Of a stretch of DNA of 64,000 bases, positions 28,371 through 36,883 are shown one piece after another (position 1 is the first letter of the stretch; each line of letters begins with the position of its first letter). A program made the translations under genes and the position numbers. The notes under the pieces are model-generated. The model did no database searches and was not told the DNA's origin. It saw nothing but the letters and a program-made list of their open reading frames with translations. This DNA is from Candidatus Micrarchaeota archaeon (GTDB lineage Archaea; Micrarchaeota; Micrarchaeia; Anstonellales; Anstonellaceae), in NCBI GenBank assembly GCA_026396415.1, contig JAPLWX010000035.1, positions 51,381 to 115,380 on the forward strand, written 5' to 3'.

Positions 28371-28518
28371 GATTGCGCAGCTTGCACGCACATGTATACT
28401 GGAGGCGCGAGCTGCGCAACCTTTAACGTTTGGATAGCGTTTATCGCGTGAGAAACGGCGTTTGAGCTGCGCAACTTCCTTTATATACGATTGCGCAGCT
28501 CTGCTAGCTGCGCAACGT
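28371..28518. repeat. Iteron cassette B: paralog of cassette A with every site changed coordinately to TTGCGCAGCT/AGCTGCGCAA
   Basis: Sites at about 28375, 28411, 28467, 28491 and 28507. The core ACGTTTGGATAGCGTTTATCGCG and GAAACGGCGTTTGAGCTGC is identical to cassette A. Confidence 0.7.
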
Positions 28519-29739
28519 TCAGAGCCGTTCCGAAAGGTTGAGCGCGACCAGCTTTCTTGCGAGAAAATCACGCGTTTCGTTGTCCTTCATCAGCTCGTTC
28601 AGAACATCGTTGCCTTTCTTGCACTCGTTTTCTATTTGGAGCGCAACTTCAAGCTGGAGAACGGTGCCGCACTTTGTGCAGAATTTGGAAGTTGGCGAAT
28701 TTGGCTGCTTGCAGCGGTGGCAATCTTTTGCGCGGAAGCTATCCTCTTTCTTTTCCTGCCCGTTTTTCAGCCCGTGGAGCTGGAGAATCGCGGAATCCAC
28801 ATCTCGCCCTGACAAATGGACATAAACCGAAGCCATTTCGCTGCTTTGGGTCCAGCCGAAATATTCCTTCATCTGCGCCTCTGTCAGTTTGTTTGCCAAA
28901 GCGGTTGCGCGCGAGTGGCGGAAGAGGTGCGGATTCACCCTTTTCTTTATCCCTGCCTTTTTTGCCAGCCTGCGAAGGAGAATGTTCGCGGTTGAGTAGT
29001 TGAAAGGGAGCAGGATTTTCCTGCTCGCCCTGGACAACCACAGCGGGCATTCTGAATCGTTTCTTTTTGGGTGGATATCGAGCCAACTGGCAAGAGAAGG
29101 GGCTGAAGCGACAATCCTGACGCGCCTGTCGCCCGTTTTGCCGCTTACCCTAAGGATTGCGCCGTAATCGTCAAAAGAGACATTCCTTATGCGAAGGGTA
29201 AGAAGCTCGGCTATTCGGCAGCCGCTTTCATAGAGGATTTGCACAAAAGCCTTGTCGCGTGGATGTTCAGCCTGCTCTGAAAGCGCCTTTACCTCCTCTT
29301 CCGTGAGAAGTTCTTCCGGCAGCTTGTGCTTGGCGTTGCGAACGCTTGCCTTTATCCATTTCACGCTTGCGGGATAGTCCTCGCCGCCGCCAAGCCATTT
29401 GTAAAAGCATTTTATTGCGACTTTGAAGTCCTTTTTGCTCCATTCGGAATACTTGCTTTGTTCGATTTTTACGACAATATCCTTTATCCGTTCCTTTTTG
29501 GCGTTCTTCAGGCCGGTTTTAATCATTCCCGAAAGCTGCGAAAGCAAAATCAGATATTTGATGTTCCTAGCTATGGAAAGTCCCCTTGACACGCCGTCCT
29601 TGTAAAAGCCAAGAATGAGCTTTTTGTCGTTTGGCGAGACGTCTTTCGTCTTTTCTAGCCAAAGGAGCTTTGCCTCTAGCGTCCGCTTCAGGTGGTGTAT
29701 ATCGAATGGTTCCATGCTGAATCCCTCTGACGAAACCAC
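28519..29739 (-). CDS. int: Tyrosine recombinase/integrase with a C-terminal zinc ribbon (paralog of 21994-23334)
   Basis: NPHLFRHSRATALA, YFGWTQSSEMASVYVH and a C-terminal CHRCKQPN...CTKCG. It is adjacent to the tRNA-Thr att site. Confidence 0.85.
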   Translation of the reverse strand: MVSSEGFSMEPFDIHHLKRTLEAKLLWLEKTKDVSPNDKKLILGFYKDGVSRGLSIARNIKYLILLSQLSGMIKTGLKNAKKERIKDIVVKIEQSKYSEWSKKDFKVAIKCFYKWLGGGEDYPASVKWIKASVRNAKHKLPEELLTEEEVKALSEQAEHPRDKAFVQILYESGCRIAELLTLRIRNVSFDDYGAILRVSGKTGDRRVRIVASAPSLASWLDIHPKRNDSECPLWLSRASRKILLPFNYSTANILLRRLAKKAGIKKRVNPHLFRHSRATALANKLTEAQMKEYFGWTQSSEMASVYVHLSGRDVDSAILQLHGLKNGQEKKEDSFRAKDCHRCKQPNSPTSKFCTKCGTVLQLEVALQIENECKKGNDVLNELMKDNETRDFLARKLVALNLSERL

Positions 29740-29877
29740 TTCATTATGCTTGGTGTATCATGCTACATTTTCATGCCATGCCAAGCTGATGCTTCTTGAG
29801 CCGGAAAAGACGCGCCTTCCCATGCGGGGCTACGAAAAAAGCCCTTTTTGGGGTGGGGAATGCTGACTGCTGTCAGA

Positions 29878-30076
29878 AGCCCCCGACGAGGATTGAACTC
29901 GTGACCTCGTGCTTTGTGGCTGGGATAAGCTTCTCTTTCTTTTCCCAGGGCTCCCGATTGTTCGGATTACCGAACAATGGGCACATTTTCCCCCTGGGAA
30001 AATGTCGTTTCTTTCTCCGCAGAAGAGAAAGAAAAGGCCTTACCATGCACGCGCTCTACCGCTGAGCTACAGGGGC
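29878..30076 (-). tRNA. tRNA-Thr (anticodon GGU) interrupted by a ~127-nt intron at the canonical 37/38 position
   Basis: Manual folding gives acceptor GCCCCUG/CGGGGGC, D arm GCUC-AGCGGUA-GAGC, anticodon stem CGUGC/GCACG with loop AUGGUAA, variable loop AGGUC and T arm ACGAG-UUCAAUC-CUCGU. The 3' exon begins at AGCACG after a hairpin-rich intron. Confidence 0.7.
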
Positions 30077-30195
30077 ATGACCAATTTGCCGCAGCAAATT
30101 GGGCATAGGTTGTGCCGCGGCACAACCGTATCGTCAAGTTGCGACAGCAACTTGGCGAGCTTCGCCAGAATCGCGCTGGCGATTTGGCGAATTTT

Positions 30196-31509
30196 CTAGG
30201 CTTTCTTTGAAAACACTTCTTTTAAAACAATCGTATCTTCCCTGCCCGCGCCCACGCCAATCACATAGATGGGCACCCTGACTTCGCCTGAGATGAACTT
30301 GAGGTAGGCCTGCGCCCGGGCGGGAAGGGACTTCATGCCGCCTTTTGCGCACGCGCGCCACTTGTCAGCCCCGATGTCGTCCCAGCCTGCGAAGGATTTG
30401 TAGATTGGCCTGCAGCGCGCGATGTCAGTGTAGGAAGCGGGGGGAATGAGCAGCTTCTTCCCGTCAAGCTCATAGTGCGTGCAAACCTGCACCTTCTGCA
30501 TCCCTGAAAGCGTGTCAAGCCTGGTGAATGCCAGGCCGGTAAGCCCGTTCACGTGCGCTGCGTAGCGCAATGTGGGAAGGTCGAGCCAGCCTATGCGCCT
30601 TGGGCGGCCGGTGGTGGTGCCGTATTCCCCGCCCTTGTCGCGTATGGCCTGCCCTGTTGCATCGTTAAGCTCAGTTGGAAGCGGGCCTGCGCCCACCCGG
30701 CTGGTGTAGACTTTCACCACGCCTATCACTTCATCGATTGCCGTGGGGCCTATGCCCGAGCCTGTGCATGCACCGCCCGCAGAGGTGTTTGACGAGGTGC
30801 CAAAGGGATACATGCCATGGTCGATGTCAAGCATGGTGGCCTGCGCGCCTTCGAAGAGCACCTGCTTTTTCTTCGAAAGCGCATCCGAGAGGATTTCGCC
30901 TGTGTCTGCCACAAAGGGCGCGAGCCGCTTGCCGTACTCAGTGTACAGCTTGCAAATCTCGTCTTCGCTTTGAGTGAAGTCCACGCCGTAAACTTCCTTG
31001 AGGAGCTTCACTTTCAGGGTGTGCATGGTGTGGAGCTTTTCGCGGAACAGCTCAGGCTGCAACAGCTCCCCCACGCGTATGCCGAATCGCGCGGCCTTGT
31101 CAGAGTAGCACGGGCCTATGCCGCGCTTCGTGGTGCCCGCTGCAAGCGCGCCTTTCCTCCCCTCCTCTGCCCCGTCCTGGGCAACATGGTAGGGCATCAC
31201 AAGGTGCACACGAGGCGAGATTTTGATGTTGGGCTTTATCCCAACTGCGTCAAGCTGCCCCAACTCCTCGAAGAATTTTTTCGGCTCCAGCACCACGCCG
31301 TTTCCTATGATGTTTATCTTCTCCGGGTAAAGCACGCCGGACGGGACGTGGTGGAAGGCGAACTTCCTGCCGCCAGAGACTATGGTATGCCCGGCATTCG
31401 CGCCGCCGCAGTAGCGCACCACGATGTCTGCCTGCGCCGCGTAATAGTCCACTACCTTGCCCTTGCCCTCGTCGCCCCACTGCGTTCCCACCACTATTGC
31501 AAATGTCAT
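30196..31509 (-). CDS. purA: Adenylosuccinate synthetase
   Basis: N-terminal VVGTQWGDEGKGK P-loop, and GIGPCYSDK and TTGRPRR motifs. The start is the ATG at 31509. Confidence 0.9.
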   Translation of the reverse strand: MTFAIVVGTQWGDEGKGKVVDYYAAQADIVVRYCGGANAGHTIVSGGRKFAFHHVPSGVLYPEKINIIGNGVVLEPKKFFEELGQLDAVGIKPNIKISPRVHLVMPYHVAQDGAEEGRKGALAAGTTKRGIGPCYSDKAARFGIRVGELLQPELFREKLHTMHTLKVKLLKEVYGVDFTQSEDEICKLYTEYGKRLAPFVADTGEILSDALSKKKQVLFEGAQATMLDIDHGMYPFGTSSNTSAGGACTGSGIGPTAIDEVIGVVKVYTSRVGAGPLPTELNDATGQAIRDKGGEYGTTTGRPRRIGWLDLPTLRYAAHVNGLTGLAFTRLDTLSGMQKVQVCTHYELDGKKLLIPPASYTDIARCRPIYKSFAGWDDIGADKWRACAKGGMKSLPARAQAYLKFISGEVRVPIYVIGVGAGREDTIVLKEVFSKKA

Positions 31510-31520
31510 GTTACCACCAT

Positions 31521-32249
31521 TCACTTTTCGATTACCCACACCATTTCCTGCTTGGATGATTTCAGCTTCTGTTTTTTAAACCCGCCGAAAACTTGCCATC
31601 TTGAAAAGCCTGCGAGGCGCAGCAAAAGCTCGAATTCGCGCTTGTAGATGAAGGCTATCTTTACGCTGTACGAGCCGAATTTCCTGCCATTTTTCATTGC
31701 CCAATAGCAAGATGAGACGATTTGCTCGGTTTCATCTGAAAAAGCGCTGAAGTCCTTCCTCACAATGCCGCCTTTCCTGTACCTGACCACCTCGTGCCCG
31801 TAGTCATTCACCATCACATCGTGGGATGGATAGAAGAAATTGAGCACGAGCTTCCCGCCCGGGGCAAGGTGGCTGCGGAGGCATTTGAGGGACGACAGCT
31901 GGTCGTCAATGGTGAGATTGTGCAGGAACGCGCGGAAAGGCACGATGATGAGCGCAAACTTCTGGCGCAGGCTGAAATTGCGCATGTCCGCAAGCTTCAC
32001 GCGCGATTTGAGCCCGCGAGCCCCTGCTTTTTTTTCAAGCGCACGAAGCATTCCGCGGGAAATGTCAATCCCGTACGCGTCTATCCCTGCCGCAAGCAGG
32101 GGAAGATACACCCTGCCTGTGCCGCAGCCGACCTCAAGCACTTTTCCGCGCGCCTTTTTTGCCTCGCGCAGGTAAAAGCTTGTGTCGCCCATGAATTCCG
32201 CAGGGCAGCTGACATCGTAGATTTTCACCGCCTTGTCGAACTCCGCCAT
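31521..32249 (-). CDS. Class I SAM-dependent methyltransferase
   Basis: VLEVGCGTGR motif I. An 11-nt gap to purA downstream. Confidence 0.8.
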   Translation of the reverse strand: MAEFDKAVKIYDVSCPAEFMGDTSFYLREAKKARGKVLEVGCGTGRVYLPLLAAGIDAYGIDISRGMLRALEKKAGARGLKSRVKLADMRNFSLRQKFALIIVPFRAFLHNLTIDDQLSSLKCLRSHLAPGGKLVLNFFYPSHDVMVNDYGHEVVRYRKGGIVRKDFSAFSDETEQIVSSCYWAMKNGRKFGSYSVKIAFIYKREFELLLRLAGFSRWQVFGGFKKQKLKSSKQEMVWVIEK

Positions 32250-32253
32250 GGGC

Positions 32254-33213
32254 TCACCATTCTATTTTCCTTATTTTCGCGCGCTCGCTTGACAGTATCT
32301 GCTGCTCTGCGAACTTCTTGCAGACGGCAAGCGATTCGCGCACGCTGCCTTTTTCGCCTGTTGCGGCTGCAGCTGTTTCATGCCCGCCGCCGCTGCCACC
32401 CATCACTTTGCCCACTTCGGACATTATCCTGTCAAGGCGCACCTGCCCGCGAAGCGAGTCGCGTGCGCGCGCGGAAATCCTGCCATCTTCAGCCTCGCAG
32501 CCCACGAATGCCGCGTCTGCGCCGAGAGAAACCAGGATGTCCGCGAAATGCGCCTCGTGCGACTTTGCCATGGCAAGCGCGATGATATGCTCCCCTGCGC
32601 GCTCTGCAGACACCGAGGCGCAGGAGCGCACTGCTTCCAGCCGCTCGGAAAAAGAGTCAGGAGCGTGGGAAAGCGAAAGAAGTTCTGAATAGGAAATGGC
32701 TGACCGCGCCAGCAGGTCGGATGCCGCCCTGAAAGTGGCTGGCGTTGCGCTCTTGAAGTTCGCGCTGTCCGAGATTATGCCAAGCAGGAGGGCAATGCAG
32801 GAGAGCCTGTCCTTTGGCTTGAGCATGAAGTAGAGGATTTCGCACGTGGAGGATGCCGACGGGTCGTTAATCACTTTTTTTGCAGCCACTTCCCCGCCCA
32901 GCCGCGAGTGATGGTCAACCATCAGGTCTGGCTGGATGCCGGTGAGGTGCGCTAGCATTTGCGGGGAGGAGGAATCAAGGACGATGATGAAGTCGTTTGG
33001 CGCGCGCTTGATTTCCGGGAAGAGAGAATAAGGGGTGCCGGTGTAATCCAGGAGCTTGCGTGCTGCAGAAGCTGGCTTGTCAGGCGCTGCTATGACTGCT
33101 TTCCTGCCAAGCGCGCGCGAAAGCGCAATCGCCCCGCCCACTGCGTCCAGGTCGCCGCCCGAGTGGAAGGTGATGATTATGCGCTTTGAGGATATCTTTG
33201 GAAATCTTGCCAT
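32254..33213 (-). CDS. DHH-family phosphoesterase (NrnA-like, DHH plus DHHA1)
   Basis: FHSGGDLDAVGG, VDHH and the DHHA1 GGGH motif (MGGSGGGHETAAA). Confidence 0.8.
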   Translation of the reverse strand: MARFPKISSKRIIITFHSGGDLDAVGGAIALSRALGRKAVIAAPDKPASAARKLLDYTGTPYSLFPEIKRAPNDFIIVLDSSSPQMLAHLTGIQPDLMVDHHSRLGGEVAAKKVINDPSASSTCEILYFMLKPKDRLSCIALLLGIISDSANFKSATPATFRAASDLLARSAISYSELLSLSHAPDSFSERLEAVRSCASVSAERAGEHIIALAMAKSHEAHFADILVSLGADAAFVGCEAEDGRISARARDSLRGQVRLDRIMSEVGKVMGGSGGGHETAAAATGEKGSVRESLAVCKKFAEQQILSSERAKIRKIEW

Positions 33214-33257
33214 TTTCTCCCGCCAAAGAAACTGAGGGGAAGTTTAAAATTGCTCTT

Positions 33258-34874
33258 ATGCGAAACAATCATATGCAAACGCAAACCGAAACGCCAGTAT
33301 ACAACGAACTTGACAAGTCGTGGAAAACCACCTGCAAGGTGCTGTTCGGCAGGGAAGTGGGAGAGCTTAATCTTTTCCAGGAATGGCTAGCCTCGCAAAA
33401 TCCCCGGCTTGCCCACGCGCCCTCATCGCTTACAGGCAAGGACATCACGTATTTCATCACCGACTATTGCGAGGGCTCCAAAAGGGCATCCTTGGACGAG
33501 GTCTGGAAGCTCAAGAAGTTCCCTGCCCTTTCCATCAATGAAATCAAGGACGTGGATTCCCTGGTGGAGGCTATCCAGGACAGGGCTTATTACACCGGCG
33601 ACGTGGTGCTGGGCAACTCGAAATTCATAGAGGCAAGCTCGAACTGCAAGGATTCCTACTATGTGCTTGGCTCCGGCGCAATCAGCGATTCGAAGTACAT
33701 CTGCAACTCGGCCAGGCTGAAGGAATGCGAATTTGCATTTGGCTGCGACGGCGTGGGCGAGTCCAGGTTCCAGGCCAGGGGCTATGAGGGCTACAGGCTG
33801 ATGCGCTGCCTGGAGGCCTGGAAATCCCAGACGAGCTCGGACTGCTATTATGTCAACGGGGTGCTTGACTCCTCCAACTGCATGTTCTGCTTCAACGTGA
33901 GGAACAAGAGATATGCCATCGGCAACCTTGAGCTTCCCAAGGAAAAATACCTTTCAATAAAGCAGGGGCTGGTTGCCGAGATGGCGGAGCAGCTTGAAAA
34001 AAAGCATTCGCTGCCCTCCCTGGTCGAGATAGTTGGGAAATGCAAGGGGCATGGTTATCGGGAGATATTGCCTGAGCTTAAGAAGCTGGAGAAAGCGGCC
34101 AAGCCAGACATGGCAAAGATAGAATCCATTTTCGGGAATACTACCGAAATGCTGCTTGGAAAGAGGCTGGGCGGGATTGATGGCTACTCGGACTGGCTAC
34201 GAAAGCATGTGCTGAAAATGGATGTCGGCAAATCCATCATAAGCGGCAAGCCCATGCTTCTGGCAGACTACTCAAATTACCTTCTCTACCCAAGGAACCG
34301 GCTGGTGACCATGCTGGAGGCTGAGTACATTGGCGACCATTTGCGCCTTGACCCTGCAGAGGCGGAAAAGCTGTCTTTCGCCTCGATTTCAGAGGGCATT
34401 TCCAAAATCGCCTATCTTTCGCCCGAATTTTTCTTCGGCGAGAACATCAATGTCACGGAATGCTCCACGCAATACCAGTCCATGAACGCCTACCGCTCGC
34501 CAGGCGCATCCTTCACCAAGAACACCGCGTATTCGTTCTGGCCAAGGAAAGGGGACTGCATATTCGGCTCCTCCATGGCATTCGAATGCTTTTTCTGCAT
34601 CAACTGCTACTACTCGGAAAACCTGAACAGGTGCTTTGAGGTGGACAGCTCGAAATCGTGCAGCGACTCGTATTACCTGCACAATTGCGAGAATGTCCGC
34701 TCCTCCATGCTCTGCTTCAATGCCAAGAACCTGGCTTATGCCGTGGGGAATACGGTCGTGGGCAAGGAGCAGTTCGGCAGGGCAAAGCGGATGCTTCTCG
34801 AGTGGGCAAACGAAAAGCTTGCCAGGAAAAAAGAGGTGCCCTTAAGCATTTTTGATGTGGGATGCCGCCAGTAA
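33258..34874 (+). CDS. Octapeptide-repeat Cys-rich protein, second fused A+B paralog with a ~150-aa linker
   Basis: N half: TTCKVLFGREVGEL, SINEIKDVDSLVEAIQDRAYYTG and CMFCFNVRNKRYAIGNLELPKEKY. C half: CFEVDSSKSCSDSYYLHNCENVRSSMLCFNAKNLAYAVGNTVVGKEQF. The start is the ATG at 33258 or 33273. Confidence 0.75.
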   Translation: MRNNHMQTQTETPVYNELDKSWKTTCKVLFGREVGELNLFQEWLASQNPRLAHAPSSLTGKDITYFITDYCEGSKRASLDEVWKLKKFPALSINEIKDVDSLVEAIQDRAYYTGDVVLGNSKFIEASSNCKDSYYVLGSGAISDSKYICNSARLKECEFAFGCDGVGESRFQARGYEGYRLMRCLEAWKSQTSSDCYYVNGVLDSSNCMFCFNVRNKRYAIGNLELPKEKYLSIKQGLVAEMAEQLEKKHSLPSLVEIVGKCKGHGYREILPELKKLEKAAKPDMAKIESIFGNTTEMLLGKRLGGIDGYSDWLRKHVLKMDVGKSIISGKPMLLADYSNYLLYPRNRLVTMLEAEYIGDHLRLDPAEAEKLSFASISEGISKIAYLSPEFFFGENINVTECSTQYQSMNAYRSPGASFTKNTAYSFWPRKGDCIFGSSMAFECFFCINCYYSENLNRCFEVDSSKSCSDSYYLHNCENVRSSMLCFNAKNLAYAVGNTVVGKEQFGRAKRMLLEWANEKLARKKEVPLSIFDVGCRQ

Positions 34875-34877
34875 GCC

Positions 34878-35234
34878 TTAACGGAGCTTTCCCTCTCTTA
34901 ATGCCTTCTCAAGCCCCGTGCGCAATTCGTCGTATTTCGGGCGCATCTTGGTCTCCTGCTTCTCAAGCACTCCCACGCGCATCTCGAACAGCTCGCGCTT
35001 GTCCTTCAGGTCCGCGCCGGCATCCGTCTTGTTGGTCTCGATGAGAAGCGGGCCCACGTAGCGGTAGATTGTCTTGTCGGATTTTGCAAGCTCGTTCTCT
35101 GCCATCTTTATCTCCTCGACCTGCATGATGAGCTGCTGCTTCTGGCTTGACACCATCTGGAGCTGGCGCTGCAGATCCTGGAATTCCGCAAGGTTCTTCT
35201 GAAGCTCGTCCGCATTGCGAAGCTGCTCTGCCAT
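34878..35234 (-). CDS. pfdB: Prefoldin beta subunit
   Basis: 118 aa. It has two coiled-coil arms around a beta-hairpin (YRYVGPLLIE). Confidence 0.8.
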   Translation of the reverse strand: MAEQLRNADELQKNLAEFQDLQRQLQMVSSQKQQLIMQVEEIKMAENELAKSDKTIYRYVGPLLIETNKTDAGADLKDKRELFEMRVGVLEKQETKMRPKYDELRTGLEKALREGKLR

Positions 35235-35265
35235 AAATATCCCCCCTTTTCATCCGTACGCAATA

Positions 35266-35520
35266 TCATTCCGTATTTTCCTCTACAGATTTAATAATGT
35301 GCATGAGCCTCAGGTAGGAATTGAGCGAGGCGCGCAGCGACACCGGGTCGTCCGCCTTTATCTCCACCCGCACGCTTTTCCCCGAAAGGGATACATGCGA
35401 CCCCCCGCGGTGGGAAAAGTCAGCCTCGGACAGGAGCGCATCGTATGCTGCTTTTGCAGGCGCAATGGAAGGGAATGTGAGGCAAAGCACGGCGCTTCCT
35501 GACACGGTTCCTTTTTCCAT
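35266..35520 (-). CDS. pcc1: KEOPS complex subunit Pcc1
   Basis: The 84-aa product from the ATG at 35520 has VRVEIKADDPVSLRASLNSYLRLMHIIKSVEE, which matches the Pcc1 C-terminal pattern. Confidence 0.6.
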   Translation of the reverse strand: MEKGTVSGSAVLCLTFPSIAPAKAAYDALLSEADFSHRGGSHVSLSGKSVRVEIKADDPVSLRASLNSYLRLMHIIKSVEENTE

Positions 35521-35690
35521 CAAAGACACCTGGCATGGGCATCTTGCGCGCCCCATTCCCATCAGAGCACCATTGCAGCGCAAGGCGGCAGGCGCAGCGC
35601 ACGCAAGCGCTTTGGCGCGCTTCCCTTTCCCATCGGCACGCCATTGCGGCGCATGGCGCGGCACTTGAACCTGCCATCCGCCCTTGGCTC

Positions 35691-35823
35691 TCAGTCCGTC
35701 TTGACTTCGCGCGCGAGGGGCTCCCTCACCTTGTAAAGCACGCGGTGCGCGCAGTGCGGGCAGCGCGTCGACTTGGCGTCAAGCGACTCTATCCTCTTCT
35801 TGCATTTTGGGCAAACGTACATC
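35691..35823 (-). CDS. rpoP: DNA-directed RNA polymerase subunit P (Rpo12/RpoP)
   Basis: The 43-aa ORF MYVCPKCKKRIESLDAKSTRCPHCAHRVLYKVREPLAREVKTD has the CxxC...CxxC zinc ribbon. It was below the ORF-track size cutoff and abuts the L37ae stop. Confidence 0.8.
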
Positions 35824-36066
35824 TTATGACCTCGTCTTGTATTCCTTTATCAGGCGCGCCGCCACATCCCCGGAGGGCGTGGACAGGGAGTAGGTGCCGC
35901 CCGCGAAAACCGCGCCGCAGGATTTGCATTCCCACAGCGAGTTGCCCTTGCGCTTCACCTTCTTCTTGCCGCATGCGCCGCACACGAAAAGCGTGCGCTT
36001 CTGCACATCCATGCGGTCTGCGCGCTTGCGCAGCTCAGCGCCGGATCTTACATCTCTTTTTGACAT
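35824..36066 (-). CDS. rpl37ae: 50S ribosomal protein L37ae
   Basis: CGACGKKKVKRKGNSLWECKSCGAVFAGGTYSLSTPSG is the zinc-ribbon core of L37ae. Confidence 0.9.
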   Translation of the reverse strand: MSKRDVRSGAELRKRADRMDVQKRTLFVCGACGKKKVKRKGNSLWECKSCGAVFAGGTYSLSTPSGDVAARLIKEYKTRS

Positions 36067-36094
36067 ACAAAATCACCAACAATCGCTGACTGTT

Positions 36095-36871
36095 TCAATC
36101 GTTAAGAAGGGCGCGGAGTTCCTTGCCCTTCTCAAGCGAAATGTCGAATAGCTCCATCAGGTCCTTCTCGCTCACCGCGCCCCAGCCGCCCTTCTGCGCC
36201 GCGCAGAGGTGCCCGGGCGTGGTGGCAAGCGTGAGGCGGCAGTCCATGCCCTTCTCCTCGTCAAGCGAGGGGTCGAGGAATGCCTTGTCGCCAAGCTTCC
36301 CGAAAGTGCAGGTGACCACTTTCTCCTTTATCGGCACCTTGCCTGTGAACTCGCCGCGGATTATCTTGCCTTCCTCCACCTTGGGCATGCGCGCGGAAAG
36401 AAGGGCGCCCATAGCCGCAAGAGCGGCGGTGTCGATGAGGTTGCCGTCGTGGTCCAGTATGAACAGGTCGATGTAGACCGCGAGGACCTTCTCGTCGTCT
36501 ATGTAAAACGAGCTTAGGTCTATGATGTTCGCGCTCCGAATACCCCTGTCCACCACGCGCGCAAGCTCGATTGCCTCGTCGGATGGCGGGCCCGTCTCGA
36601 ACAGGTGCGAGGCAAGCGGCAGCAGGTCTGCTGATGTCGACAGCACGCCTTCCTTTGGCCTGTCGGGGAACGGCTTTGCGATGTCGAACTTTATCCCGGC
36701 CATCACCTGGCTCTTGCCTATCGAGACGATTGCCGAGCCTTCGGGGTTCTGCAGTATGCCGCCCTGGACGTTTATTTTCCTGTAGTCGAGCATTCCGCGC
36801 CCGTCGCCTCGCTTGCCCTGGGATATCAGTGCGCCAAGCGTGTCGCGCTTTATTTCGTTCATGGATTCCAT
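36095..36871 (-). CDS. rrp42: Exosome complex component Rrp42 (RNase PH-like, non-catalytic)
   Basis: RNase PH fold blocks (RGDGRGMLDYRKINVQ...EGSAIVSIGKSQVMAGIK). It sits immediately downstream of rrp41. Confidence 0.85.
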   Translation of the reverse strand: MESMNEIKRDTLGALISQGKRGDGRGMLDYRKINVQGGILQNPEGSAIVSIGKSQVMAGIKFDIAKPFPDRPKEGVLSTSADLLPLASHLFETGPPSDEAIELARVVDRGIRSANIIDLSSFYIDDEKVLAVYIDLFILDHDGNLIDTAALAAMGALLSARMPKVEEGKIIRGEFTGKVPIKEKVVTCTFGKLGDKAFLDPSLDEEKGMDCRLTLATTPGHLCAAQKGGWGAVSEKDLMELFDISLEKGKELRALLND

Positions 36872-36883
36872 AATAGCACCTTT

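Larger units (their letters stand above)
18183..29877. mobile_element. Two tandem integrated elements at the tRNA-Thr 3' end (E1 about 18199-23413, E2 about 23426-29877), lower GC than flanks
   Basis: Two tyrosine integrases are present. Partial direct copies of the tRNA 3' end occur at 18183-18198 (16/16 nt) and 23414-23425 (12/12 nt). Cargo includes a restriction-modification enzyme, a P-loop ATPase and iteron cassettes, and the composition is AT-richer than the flanks. Confidence 0.6.

Noticed and set aside
28072-28518. Possible CRISPR array
   Set aside because: The repeats are 10-bp sites in both orientations, embedded in two long paralogous cassettes. They are not equally spaced identical direct repeats separated by unique spacers, and no cas genes are nearby.
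29796-30199. Plus-strand ORFs 29796-30065 and 29909-30199 across the tRNA-Thr region
   Set aside because: They overlap a well-folded tRNA with an intron, which makes them protein-coding artefacts.
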